A stretch of DNA of 64,000 nucleotides from an uncultured Ruminococcus sp. (GTDB lineage Bacteria > Bacillota > Clostridia > Oscillospirales > CAG-272): the NCBI GenBank assembly GCA_905202255.1, contig CAJKRH010000004.1, positions 4,287 to 68,286 of the forward strand. Reading direction: 5' to 3'. A program made the position numbers and the translations under genes. Positions within the stretch are counted from its first letter, which is position 1, and every line of letters begins with the position of its first letter. Positions 17,171-26,638 of the stretch are shown in pieces. The notes under the pieces were generated by a model that saw nothing but the letters and a program-made list of their open reading frames with translations, did not search any database and was not told the origin of the DNA.

Positions 17171-17265
17171 AGAGATTTTATTTATCGGCTTTTGCGTGCC
17201 GATATTTTAGTATATTCTATCACTAATGATAAAAGAAGTCAATAGTCTGTAAAAATATTTTATGC

Positions 17266-17292
17266 AAAAAGGGGACTTTCGTCCCCTTTTTT
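17266..17292. terminator. Bidirectional intrinsic terminator
   Basis: AAAAA-GGGGAC-TTTC-GTCCCC-TTTTTT. Confidence 0.85.
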
Positions 17293-17309
17293 ACTGTTCA
17301 ATATGTCGA

Positions 17310-20300
17310 TTATTCAGCCGAGCTGAAGAAGCCCTTCTTATAGAGGAAGTAGCCTCCGACGCCGGCAACAGCAACAACAGCAACGATACCGATAACTATT
17401 GCAACTGCGGGATTGGATTTCTTCGCTGTCTTTGCGGAGATTACGAAGAATTCGCCTGTGCTTTCGCTGAGACCTTCGCCCGAAACGGTAATCTTGCTTC
17501 CGCTGCGTTTGAAATCTGTAATCTCAACTGGAGCATTGCCCTTTATCGTATAAACCTTGACGGATGTCTTCTTGTTTTCCTCGGGAAGAAGTATTGTAGC
17601 ACTCATGGAATTGTCAAGAGCAACCTTTTCGCCCGAGTTTGTCATTTCAACGGTATATGCCTTTATAAGAGCGGCATCGGAAGAAACCTCTCCCTTTTCC
17701 TTCAGGAATTTCATCCATGAATCGAACCAGCTGTAATCGCCGGAAGACTTCTCGGAAACACTGTAGAAATATGTATCGGCGTTGCTTCCCGTAACAGTGA
17801 GAGAAACATTGCCGTCGGAAAGTCTGAGGAGCTTCTTGTTGCCGTCGTTTACGATTTCATATCTGAAACCGCAGGCAACGCATTTCTTTGCGTTTTCACC
17901 GTCGTCAATGAAGCTGTGCTTGCCTGTTGCGGGTGTTGTTGTTTCCTTGCGTGTACCGCATACGCTGCATTCGTATACGGTAGAACCGTCTGCAACGCAG
18001 GTTGCTTCCTTGCTGGAAACAAGAACCATCTTGTGGTCTGACAGAGGGAGATCCTCTCTCTTTTCGGTGCCGCACTTGATGCATGAGCAAACTCTGTAGC
18101 CCGCTTCCTTACATGTGGAATTCTTCACTACAACATATTCGCTGAAGGAATGTCCTGTAGCGGCTATTCCCTCTGTATCCGTATTGTGACATACGGAGCA
18201 GGTGCGCGTTTTTGAACCTGCCGTGGTGCATGTGGCAACCTTTGTTATAACCCAGTCACCGTATTTATGACCTGCGGCGCAGGGATTTGTAGCGGGGATA
18301 GTTTCTGTTTTTGTCTTGCCGCAGACTGAGCAGGTATATGTCTTTACGCCGGCAGTCGTGTTTGTAGCGGGAGTTGTGATAACGCCGCCATCAAACTTAT
18401 GTGCGCCTGCGGAAACCGTTTTTGTAACAGTGAATCCGCAGTTTGCATGAGTACAGATATATGTCCATACGCCGCCGACTGTGCAGTCTGTAGAAGCTGT
18501 TCTCTGGAGCACGAAATATTTATTGAAATCATGTCCGCATGTCTGATCGGCGCAAACCTGAATCGTGCCGCACATTGTGCATTTCTGAATCCATGTGCCG
18601 TTTGCAAGTCTCTCTCTTTCACCGTAGGTATGGCCGGAAGCGGGAACCGCTCTGACCTCTTCCTTCAGACACTTCTTGCACTTGAAGGTACCGCTGCCGC
18701 CGCCCCATTCCTTGGCTTCTTCGGAGCAGGGAACGATTTCATATTTTATTACTTCCCATTCGTGTGAGCAAGCATTGGGATCGGGTCTGTTGTTGCAATC
18801 CGTGGTTGTGCAGCCCTTGTAGAGCGGACAGGTGGGAACAAGGCAGAAACCGCAGACCGAGCATGTCGCATGGGTTGAAAGGTGACCGGAGCCGCCGCCC
18901 TGATTGAGACATCTCGTCTCGCTACAGCCTCTGTAGTTCTTGCATTCGGAATAGAGGCAGCTGCCGCACTTAGGGCATTTGCCCCATACATCATGGAAAG
19001 CACTATGCTCTATTGTGCCGCCGTAAGGATTCTTTGCGCACTTTGTGGGTGTACAGCCTATATACTCTTCACAGTCAGCCATGAAGCAGCTACCGCACTT
19101 TGAGCAAATAGAGGTAGTATGTGTTGGACCGTGAGGAACCTTGCCTGTGGAAGAACCGTTGCATCCGCTTGCCGTGCCGTCGCAACCGATGTATGCCACG
19201 CAAAGAGCATTGAGACACTTTTTGCAGTAAGGGCAGGTTTTGTGAACTTTGGTATCGTTGTAGTCGTGGGTAACGAGCCGCTTATTGCAACGCGTACAGA
19301 TATTGCTTGAGTTGGGAGTGTGTCCGAGAGCGTTGCCTTCTTTTGTACCGCAGACCTTGCACTTCTTGGGATCCGTGCAGGTAGCCGCCTCAAATGTATG
19401 GCCCGGCGCTGCCTTTGTGGCACCGCACTTTGTACAGGTCTGATCCTGCGTGCAGCTCGGATTCTTGGGAGACCAGTCATGTACGCAGACCACTGCGTTG
19501 CAGCGGTCGCATCTGCCGTTATTGTCGGTGTCTACATGAGCGGTGGGGTCAGCCTTGCCTTCCGTTGCATTGCAACGCTTACATTTCTTGGGCGACTGGC
19601 ATGTAGCGGCTTCCCAGTCATGTCCGAGGGGATTGCCGCTTGTTGCACCACATGAGCACTTTGCAGGCTCTGTGCAGGTTGCGGGTGCGTATGAATGAGT
19701 ATGTGTTCCCTCGAGAGGAGCGTCTGTTGCGGTGAAGATGTTGTGCTCTGTTCCGCATACGATAGCCGTTATTACCGCGGAATACTTTGCGCCGGATGTA
19801 GAAGGAGAAAGATTCGTATTTATCTCAAGAGATGTCGGCATGTTGGGATATACGCTCGGCTCCTGACCGGGTGTGCTCTCGAGAACAACTGTCTGAGGAC
19901 CGCCGAATGTATATTTGACTTCGATTCTGTATTTGATATTGCTCAGCGTAAATGTTCCGGAATTAAAGCTTAATGTAAGATGGATTGTGTCATTCTTTAC
20001 CGAAGTAGCCGCGCTGATAACAGGAAGTATAACCGTCTGTCTGTAAGCATCGCCTGCCGCGCTGCTCTTTGAAGAGTCTGCGGCGTAGCGTGCATATAAT
20101 GTATATGCGCTACCTGCTGTAATACCAGTAAATGTACCTGTGCGCTGATATGTATCGCCGTCGATACTGTACTCAACGCCGTCTACAGTCTTAACCGTGA
20201 AGCTGGTTTTGTCTATATTGGAAAATTCAATGCCCGTCGGAACAGGAACAGTCGTGATAGTAAGAGCGGGGCTGTTTGCGCTCGGCTCGGATGTTGTAGT

Positions 20301-20894
20301 CTCGGCAACGCGGGCATAAATAGTATATGTCGTGCCTGCCTTGATTTTCACTCTGTTGCCAACAAGAGCCTGGTTTTCATAGTAGAAAGTAGTCTTTCCC
20401 GCATTACCCTGCTGCCATGTAGCGCCACCGTCAAGGCTGTATTCATAATCGGCACTTGTATTGAGCGTGATATTTGTAGAGCCGTAACTTGAATAAGTGG
20501 GGGCAGAGGGAGCGGCAGGAGCGGAAGTTTTTGTCTTCTGTGTTATGGATGTTACTTTTCCGCTGTTATTAAAAAGCGTAAGAGTATACTCCTCGCCTGC
20601 CTGCATTCCGCTGAATATCGTCTGGCTGATGCCTTTGTCAACATTCACCGTGTCTGCCTGCGTGCTTTCACTATAGTTATTCGGACCGGTGACGGTAACA
20701 TAGTAGCCCTGTGTTGCATCAACGGTATGTATCGTGATTGATTTATCGGTATAATCCAAAACTCCGAGAGTGGTGGATGAACCGCCTGTGGCATCGGCAT
20801 GAACATGCGAATGTTCGCCTGTCAGGTCAACCGTGCCTATCATGCTGAAGCAGAACAACAGCACGAGTGCAAATGATAAAATCCTTTTTTTCAT
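17310..20894 (-). CDS. Large Cys-rich cell-surface protein (signal peptide, Fn3/Ig-like N-terminal domains, about 560-aa CxxC-module region, C-terminal TM anchor)
   Basis: Start placed at MKKRILSFALVLLFCFSMIG, with a GGAGG RBS. About 67 Cys by hand count sit in repeated modules (GH.W/F..ATC...KKCK.C; C..C..C....C..Y.GC....C). C-terminal anchor PAVAIVIGIVAVVAVAGVGGYFLYKKG. Confidence 0.85.
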   Translation of the reverse strand: MKKRILSFALVLLFCFSMIGTVDLTGEHSHVHADATGGSSTTLGVLDYTDKSITIHTVDATQGYYVTVTGPNNYSESTQADTVNVDKGISQTIFSGMQAGEEYTLTLFNNSGKVTSITQKTKTSAPAAPSAPTYSSYGSTNITLNTSADYEYSLDGGATWQQGNAGKTTFYYENQALVGNRVKIKAGTTYTIYARVAETTTSEPSANSPALTITTVPVPTGIEFSNIDKTSFTVKTVDGVEYSIDGDTYQRTGTFTGITAGSAYTLYARYAADSSKSSAAGDAYRQTVILPVISAATSVKNDTIHLTLSFNSGTFTLSNIKYRIEVKYTFGGPQTVVLESTPGQEPSVYPNMPTSLEINTNLSPSTSGAKYSAVITAIVCGTEHNIFTATDAPLEGTHTHSYAPATCTEPAKCSCGATSGNPLGHDWEAATCQSPKKCKRCNATEGKADPTAHVDTDNNGRCDRCNAVVCVHDWSPKNPSCTQDQTCTKCGATKAAPGHTFEAATCTDPKKCKVCGTKEGNALGHTPNSSNICTRCNKRLVTHDYNDTKVHKTCPYCKKCLNALCVAYIGCDGTASGCNGSSTGKVPHGPTHTTSICSKCGSCFMADCEEYIGCTPTKCAKNPYGGTIEHSAFHDVWGKCPKCGSCLYSECKNYRGCSETRCLNQGGGSGHLSTHATCSVCGFCLVPTCPLYKGCTTTDCNNRPDPNACSHEWEVIKYEIVPCSEEAKEWGGGSGTFKCKKCLKEEVRAVPASGHTYGERERLANGTWIQKCTMCGTIQVCADQTCGHDFNKYFVLQRTASTDCTVGGVWTYICTHANCGFTVTKTVSAGAHKFDGGVITTPATNTTAGVKTYTCSVCGKTKTETIPATNPCAAGHKYGDWVITKVATCTTAGSKTRTCSVCHNTDTEGIAATGHSFSEYVVVKNSTCKEAGYRVCSCIKCGTEKREDLPLSDHKMVLVSSKEATCVADGSTVYECSVCGTRKETTTPATGKHSFIDDGENAKKCVACGFRYEIVNDGNKKLLRLSDGNVSLTVTGSNADTYFYSVSEKSSGDYSWFDSWMKFLKEKGEVSSDAALIKAYTVEMTNSGEKVALDNSMSATILLPEENKKTSVKVYTIKGNAPVEITDFKRSGSKITVSGEGLSESTGEFFVISAKTAKKSNPAVAIVIGIVAVVAVAGVGGYFLYKKGFFSSAE

Positions 20895-21073
20895 ATTTCC
20901 TCCGATTTTGCAAATATTTTCGGCAAAGACGCTCACTTTTCAAAAAGCGATACCGCTTTTCGGCTTCCCCTGCCGAAATCATCGCCATGCAAAAAAGCCG
21001 CTTTTTTAGTTTGCCGCTTGCATTTTATCAAAGTCGGGAAAAGGCGCGTCCGCCCCGCCCGTCTTCAAGTCTT

Positions 21074-21102
21074 ATTATATACAAATATATAAGATTTGTC
21101 AA
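21074..21102 (-). promoter_or_regulatory. Consensus sigma-A promoter upstream of the Cys-rich surface protein gene
   Basis: On the minus strand: TTGACA, 17-nt spacer, TATAAT. About 180 nt upstream of ATG 20894. Confidence 0.65.
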
Positions 21103-21235
21103 GTCATTTAGCCGATGTTTAAAACAAATTCACAACTTCGCTGCGCGTCATCGGAAGGCACCGCGGCGAAGTGATTTGAATTGATTTCTTTTTTGATTTG
21201 CAATATAGCTTTTAATATAATTATCATGTCATTTT

Positions 21236-21266
21236 ACGCAAAAAAGTCGGGCATATCGCCCGACCT
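21236..21266 (-). terminator. Intrinsic terminator after the epimerase gene
   Basis: On the minus strand: GTCGGGC-GATAT-GCCCGAC followed by a T-run. Confidence 0.75.
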
Positions 21267-21284
21267 TATTTTGCTTGTTTTTAC

Positions 21285-22373
21285 TCATTTTTCGAGAATA
21301 TCCGCTATTCTCACGCAGGCTTTTCCGTCGCCGTAGGGGCAGGCACTGTGCGCCATTTTGCCGTATTCATCGGCATCGTCAAGCAGTGCCGAGAGAGCGC
21401 GCGAGACCGCATTTTCATCCGTGCCGACGAGCCGCAGTGTACCCGAGGTTATCCCCTCGGGTCGCTCTGTCGTATTCCGCATCACGAGCGTCGGCTTGCC
21501 GAGAGCCGTCGCCTCCTCCTGAATGCCGCCGCTGTCCGTCATCACGAGGTAGCAGCGGGCAAGAATATTATGAAAATCCACCACCGAAAGCGGCTCGCAG
21601 AGGCGCACCGCATCGCATCCGGCAAAAACCTTCTCCGCCGTTTTTCTAACCGCCGGATTCGGATGAACGGGATATACCGCCCGCGTATCCGGATGTGCTT
21701 CTATCGCCTCGCGTATCCCGCAAAGCATTTTTTCGAGCGGCTCACCGATATTTTCCCGCCTGTGCGCCGTTATCAGTACAAGCCTTTTTTCGCCCGCCCA
21801 TTCAAGAAGCGGATGTGAAAACCCTTTTTTCACGGTCGTTTTCAGTGCGTCGATGACGGTATTTCCCGTAATGTATATACCGTCCGAAATGCCTTCTGCG
21901 GCAAGGTTTTCACTGCTCTTTTCCGTCGGGCAGAAGCGATATTTCGCAATTATGTCTACGGCATTGCGGTTGAATTCCTCGGGGTATGGCGAATAGAGAT
22001 TGTGCGTGCGCAGACCCGCCTCGACATGACCGACGGGTATCTTCATATAGTATGCCGAGAGCGCCGCCGCAAAAGCACTCGTCGTATCTCCGTGCACAAG
22101 CACGACATCGGGCTTCTCCGCCGCGAGCACATCTTTCATTCCGCAGATAACGCCTGTTGTTATATCAAAGAGCGACTGCCCCTCGCGCATGAGCGCAAGG
22201 TCATAATCCGGCTTCACTCCGAAAGCGGCAAGCGCCTCGTCGAGCATAGCCCTGTGCTGTCCCGTCACGCATACGCAGGTGGAAATATTCGGTCTCCTCC
22301 GAAGCTCACACACGAGCGGACACATTTTTATCGCTTCGGGACGAGTGCCGAATACGAGCATTATTTTTTTCAT
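21285..22373 (-). CDS. wecB: UDP-N-acetylglucosamine 2-epimerase (non-hydrolysing)
   Basis: 362 aa. MKKIMLVFGTRPEAIKMCPL, VHGDTTS and TDSGGIQEE motifs. Confidence 0.92.
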   Translation of the reverse strand: MKKIMLVFGTRPEAIKMCPLVCELRRRPNISTCVCVTGQHRAMLDEALAAFGVKPDYDLALMREGQSLFDITTGVICGMKDVLAAEKPDVVLVHGDTTSAFAAALSAYYMKIPVGHVEAGLRTHNLYSPYPEEFNRNAVDIIAKYRFCPTEKSSENLAAEGISDGIYITGNTVIDALKTTVKKGFSHPLLEWAGEKRLVLITAHRRENIGEPLEKMLCGIREAIEAHPDTRAVYPVHPNPAVRKTAEKVFAGCDAVRLCEPLSVVDFHNILARCYLVMTDSGGIQEEATALGKPTLVMRNTTERPEGITSGTLRLVGTDENAVSRALSALLDDADEYGKMAHSACPYGDGKACVRIADILEK

Positions 22374-22431
22374 AAATATATCTCCATAATATGTTTTATG
22401 AATATATTATTATCATAATATTGCAGATAAA

Positions 22432-22644
22432 TCAGCCTATAAAGGAAAATCTCTTTTGCTTTTTACCGTCGTGAGTGACCGTTTCGTTCCACATTGAGAG
22501 AGGACGCACCCAAACTCCGCCCTCGCCGTAGAGCGCGCGGTAGACCACCATCGGCTCGAGCGTTTCCGAGTGCTTAGCGATGAAAAGCACCTCATATTCA
22601 TTTCCTTTGAAATGTCTGTATCTGCCTGCTTTTACCTCTTCCAT
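22432..22644 (-). CDS. DUF1653-family small protein
   Basis: Start placed at MEEVKAGRYRHFKGNEYEVLFIAKHSETLEPMVVYRALYG, with GGAG 8 nt upstream. The longer ORF-track N-terminus is the alternative frame of the neighbouring gene's repeats. Confidence 0.75.
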   Translation of the reverse strand: MEEVKAGRYRHFKGNEYEVLFIAKHSETLEPMVVYRALYGEGGVWVRPLSMWNETVTHDGKKQKRFSFIG

Positions 22645-22666
22645 ATCTTGTCTCCGTTTTAATTTT

Positions 22667-23914
22667 TTATTCATGCGGCTCCGCCGCATCGCACTTTTCC
22701 GATGTTTCCCCGCTCTCGGGTTCTTCGCCGCCCTCGGGTTCTTCGCCGTTCTCGGGTTCTTCGCCGTTCTCGGGTTCTTCCCCGCTCTTTTTCTTTTTCG
22801 CTTCCTTGGAATCGACAAGACGACCGAGCAAGGTATATACTATAGTGCAGACCGGGACGGCAAAAAGCATTCCGAGTATTCCGAAAGCGTTTCCGCCGAC
22901 GGTCACCGCCACAAAAACAAGCATGCTCGGCAGTCCCACGGATTTGCCGACGACTCTCGGATATATGATGTTTCCGTCCACCTGCTGCATCGCGATGATG
23001 AATATCACAAACCATATCGCCTTTATCGGGTCTACAAGCAGTATCAGCAGCGCGCCCGCGCCCGAACCGATGAAAGCACCGAAAACAGGTATCAGCGCCG
23101 TTATGCCGACGAGCACGGAAATCATCAGCGCATAAGGCATGCGCAGTATCAGCATGCCGATAAGACAAAGCAGCGTGTTTATCACGACCTCGGCAAGCTG
23201 ACCTGTCACGAAATTCGAGAAGCAATCATTGCAGAGCGCGAAAAAGTCATAGATTTTCCTGTAGCTCTCTTCGGAAAATATGCCGTGTATCAGCTTTCGC
23301 ATCTGTGCGCCGAGCTGTTCCTTTCGCAGGAGCACATAAACAGAAATAGTGAACGCCACGATTACCGAGACAAGGGCGTTGCCCGCTTTCACCATAACAT
23401 TAAAAGCCTTATCCACGAGCATATTGCCGTTTTTCGAGAGGAAGTCCGTGATGGATTCGATTATTTTGTCCTGCTCCTGCGGTATTTCGGGCAGAACTAT
23501 CGAAAATCGTGCAAGAAATTCGCTTATCTTCTCCCAATAATGCCGCAGATTTCCCGCATAGACGGAAAGATTTGCCACAAACGATGATATCGCGCCCGCG
23601 AGATGCGGAATCACGACGAAAAATATAAGCGAAAGCGACCCGAGAATGATTATCTCGCTGAGGACAAGGCATATTCCGCGCCTGAGCCGAAACGATGTCT
23701 TTTTCTTTCTGAAAATCCTGTCCCAGAGTTTCTCAAGCCTGCCGAGAACAAGATTTGCCACGAAAGCGATGCAAAAACCAGCGAAAACAGGTGCGAATGC
23801 TTCGAAAACCTTCGGTATAAAGCCGCCGATTTTCGCGGCATTGGACAGAAGAGCGACACCGATAAAAGCAATACATATTATGGGAGCTATCAGCTTCCTT
23901 GCGAATTTCAACAT
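22667..23914 (-). CDS. AI-2E family (PerM/UPF0118) transporter with acidic repeat tail
   Basis: 415 aa with a GGAGG RBS. 7-8 TM segments. VPVFGAFIGSG-like motif. The tail is (G/N/S)GEEPE repeated four times. Confidence 0.85.
   Translation of the reverse strand: MLKFARKLIAPIICIAFIGVALLSNAAKIGGFIPKVFEAFAPVFAGFCIAFVANLVLGRLEKLWDRIFRKKKTSFRLRRGICLVLSEIIILGSLSLIFFVVIPHLAGAISSFVANLSVYAGNLRHYWEKISEFLARFSIVLPEIPQEQDKIIESITDFLSKNGNMLVDKAFNVMVKAGNALVSVIVAFTISVYVLLRKEQLGAQMRKLIHGIFSEESYRKIYDFFALCNDCFSNFVTGQLAEVVINTLLCLIGMLILRMPYALMISVLVGITALIPVFGAFIGSGAGALLILLVDPIKAIWFVIFIIAMQQVDGNIIYPRVVGKSVGLPSMLVFVAVTVGGNAFGILGMLFAVPVCTIVYTLLGRLVDSKEAKKKKSGEEPENGEEPENGEEPEGGEEPESGETSEKCDAAEPHE
22715..22786. repeat. 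18-bp tandem repeat x4 inside transporter 3' end
   Basis: CTCGGGTTCTTCGCCG(CC/TT) units at 22715, 22733, 22751 and 22769. Confidence 0.9.
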
Positions 23915-23984
23915 CGCACCTCCTTTTTAATTGCAAAAAGGGCTGACAGCGCAGTCCTTTTTGCTATTTCTTAATGGGCAATAA

Positions 23985-25022
23985 TCAGAGAAGCTCGTCT
24001 GCAAAATATGCTCTTGTATGGGCTGTTCTTCCCTCTTTATCCTGCACGGTTATGCGGAAATAAGGCTTTGCGGGAAGTCCTTTCTTTGTGGTATCGCGAC
24101 TGAGCTCGAGATACTTGTTTATATTGAAATCGGCGCTCGTCAGAGTTTTTTCATGATTATCTCCGGCAAATGCGGCAAAGCGACATTCCGTAGTGAGCGA
24201 AATGAGTCTTGCCTCCGAGCAGGAAATATGAACTATTCCGTCCTCAATATAAAGCTCATCTATTGTGGGACCGAGCGAAGCATAGAAATCACCGCGCTCC
24301 AGAGCGTCCATTACCGTATGATACTCAAGCCTGTCGGCTTTCAGCACTATGAAGCTGCCGAAGCAATCGGGCGGATTGTGCGCATCATCGGTTGCCAGCG
24401 GGAAAACACGCTTGCCTTTTCTCAGCATATCGTCTATAGGCTGCATGCTGTTGTCAAGCTGATATCCCATGCGGAAGCAGCCGTAGTTGGCAAGCTCTAC
24501 TCCCCATACGCCCTCAAGCCCGATATAATCCTCATATCCCTGAATGGACCAGAAAGGATGGTTATATGAAACGAGAAAGCCTGCCTTATTTGCCGTTGCT
24601 ATCATTTCGTTCATAGCCTCTACGCTGTAGTGGCGCTCGTAATGAACCTTTCGCATCTCATCTGTCACAAGCTCGCGTGACTTCGGGAAAACCTTTTCCT
24701 CGGTGAAAAGCGGATTTACAGTTTCATGCGGGTCTTTTGCATATATATTTATATGATATGTAGGAACATACCAGAAGCCTTTTTCACTCCAAGGCGCATT
24801 TACCGCTATCTCTGTGGAAAGGATAGTGAGAAAGTTTTCATCGTTGAGCTCATCATGCGGTATCATAACCTCATGATCGGTATATGCCATTATGGAATAG
24901 CCGCGCTTCTTGTATTCCTCCTTCGCCTGCTCGGGTGTCCAGCAGCCGTCGGATACCGTTGTATGCATATGCATATTCGCTTTATAAAAATTGCCTTTCT
25001 CGGGAAGAAGATACTGCCTCAT
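23985..25022 (-). CDS. PHP-domain metal-dependent phosphoesterase
   Basis: 345 aa. NMHMHTTVSDG and AYTDHE motifs at the N-terminus. Confidence 0.7.
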   Translation of the reverse strand: MRQYLLPEKGNFYKANMHMHTTVSDGCWTPEQAKEEYKKRGYSIMAYTDHEVMIPHDELNDENFLTILSTEIAVNAPWSEKGFWYVPTYHINIYAKDPHETVNPLFTEEKVFPKSRELVTDEMRKVHYERHYSVEAMNEMIATANKAGFLVSYNHPFWSIQGYEDYIGLEGVWGVELANYGCFRMGYQLDNSMQPIDDMLRKGKRVFPLATDDAHNPPDCFGSFIVLKADRLEYHTVMDALERGDFYASLGPTIDELYIEDGIVHISCSEARLISLTTECRFAAFAGDNHEKTLTSADFNINKYLELSRDTTKKGLPAKPYFRITVQDKEGRTAHTRAYFADELL

Positions 25023-25234
25023 ATTTACTTGCCTTTCTGAAATAAATGTTTATGTATTAAATTATAGTACAAAAAAAGGAAAAAGTAAAGCCTTTTTGAA
25101 AAAAATTAAATAATATAAAAATGGCTGATTATTACCAAAAAGAGCGGATTATTTTCATTGACCGAAGCAGGCACATATGATAAAATAGATATAATGAAAG
25201 CCTATGGGCAAAAAAAGCAAGGAGAAAGACAAAA

Positions 25235-25624
25235 ATGAAGAATTTCAGAAGAATTTCGGCGCTTCTGCTCGCTGTTATGATGATTGCGCTGTCATGCCTT
25301 TTTGTAGCATGCGGTGAAAAAGAAGTCGAGAAGAAGTATTCCATTACGGTTATCGTGGTAAACGATAAGGCAGAAGAGACAACATTCAATATCAAGACCG
25401 ACCGCGAGAATCTCGCAGATGCGCTTCTTGATGAGAAGCTTGTTTCAGGTTCGGACAGCGAATGGGGTCTGATGATAGACACCGTAAACGGTCTGAAAGC
25501 AGACTATGCCGCAAACCAGTCATGGTGGGCACTCTATGACGGCGATAAGATGAGCGAAGTCGGCGCAAGCTCCCTCCAGCTCAAGGACGGCGGCGTATAT
25601 AAATTTGTTTATACCGTAGGCTGA
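25235..25624 (+). CDS. DUF4430-domain lipoprotein
   Basis: 129 aa. Lipobox LFVACGE. WGLMIDTVNGLKADYAANQSWWALYDG is typical of DUF4430. A strong terminator follows at 25645-25683. Confidence 0.75.
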   Translation: MKNFRRISALLLAVMMIALSCLFVACGEKEVEKKYSITVIVVNDKAEETTFNIKTDRENLADALLDEKLVSGSDSEWGLMIDTVNGLKADYAANQSWWALYDGDKMSEVGASSLQLKDGGVYKFVYTVG

Positions 25625-25768
25625 TAACCCGCTTTGAACAAAATAAAAAATGAGTCCGGTGAAACCCGGACTCATTTTTTTGTTTTAAGGAGTGCTGTGC
25701 AATTATAAAAATCCCCGCCGTCTGCTGAAAGCCGCAGACAGCGGGGATTTTTATGCTTCCGTTAGATT

Positions 25769-26401
25769 TCAATGTTTCTTCTTATATCCGCAGTCGCAGT
25801 AGGGACTGCCGGAAGCTATGGTATATTCGCGGACAAAGTCCGTTGCGCCGCCCGCCTCGCTCATGGTATAATCGAGATGGCAGAGAGCAGGCGTGAGGTC
25901 ATAGAGCCCGAGCTTTTTCATCAGGGCGCAGATTCCGCATTTTGTGAATCTGCCCTCGTATCCGCTCCCGTCGGGATATTCATAGAAATCCATATTCCAT
26001 GAATAAGGATTTCGGTCGGCGGCTTTCAGCTTTGCCGTCGCTTTCATGCCCGCAATATCCTTTTCGCTGAATTTTCCCTTTCCGCTCTTGCAGCAAAACC
26101 ATTTCATCGGCTTTGTCATCATGGATTTTGCATAGTAATCCGTCAGCCGCGCGACATCAGGACGCTCCGGCATGGAAAGGATAAATGCACCTATCATGGC
26201 GCAGTTTACTATATTCATTTTAAAGCGGTCGGCTTTCTCAAATTCCGGCAGACCCGCGATGATTTCCTTATATTTCGGCTTTGCCTTTGCGGCTGTTTCC
26301 TTTGCCGTTTTTTCATCATAGCCGAATACGGCGCATAGCTGTTCTCTGAACGATTTTGCAAAAAGCACCCACATTCCCATGGGCATTCCGGCGTATTTCA
26401 T
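25769..26401 (-). CDS. L-2-amino-thiazoline-4-carboxylic acid (ATC) hydrolase-family protein
   Basis: 210 aa. C-terminal signature FTKCGICALMKKLGLYDLTPALCHLDYTMSE...PYCDCGY, as I recall it for PF14196. The ATG overlaps the stop of the upstream ORF. Confidence 0.55.
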   Translation of the reverse strand: MKYAGMPMGMWVLFAKSFREQLCAVFGYDEKTAKETAAKAKPKYKEIIAGLPEFEKADRFKMNIVNCAMIGAFILSMPERPDVARLTDYYAKSMMTKPMKWFCCKSGKGKFSEKDIAGMKATAKLKAADRNPYSWNMDFYEYPDGSGYEGRFTKCGICALMKKLGLYDLTPALCHLDYTMSEAGGATDFVREYTIASGSPYCDCGYKKKH

Positions 26402-26595
26402 TGTATTTTCTCACTCCATTCTTTGTTTTTAACCATTTCACGAAGTAAAATCAGTCCGAGTAATAAAACCAACAGATGACCTGCGGACTCCGTTCCGTGG
26501 TCAATCTGATTAAGCGGCCATGGCAGAAGCGTGAAAAGGTTTCCGACAATTCCCGCAAAAGCGATAGGATTGCAAAGATAACATAGAGCAAACAC
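26398..26595 (-). CDS. Small hydrophobic protein (possibly the 3' part of a frameshifted 26398..26642 ORF)
   Basis: 65 aa with two hydrophobic helices. Its stop overlaps the next ATG (ATGA). A second frame (26451..26642) starts with an ATGA overlap on the upstream gene's stop. The 245-nt span is not divisible by 3. Confidence 0.35.
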   Translation of the reverse strand: MFALCYLCNPIAFAGIVGNLFTLLPWPLNQIDHGTESAGHLLVLLLGLILLREMVKNKEWSEKIQ

Positions 26596-26638
26596 CCAAT
26601 CATACCCGCGATGAGTGCCCGTCTTTCTTTACTCGCTT

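Noticed and set aside
22645-22818. Lys/Arg-rich N-terminal extension (PRTAKNPRTAKNPRAAKNPRAGK) of the DUF1653 ORF in the track.
   Set aside because: It is the alternative frame of the 18-bp repeats at the 3' end of the upstream transporter gene. A proper RBS precedes the internal ATG at 22644.
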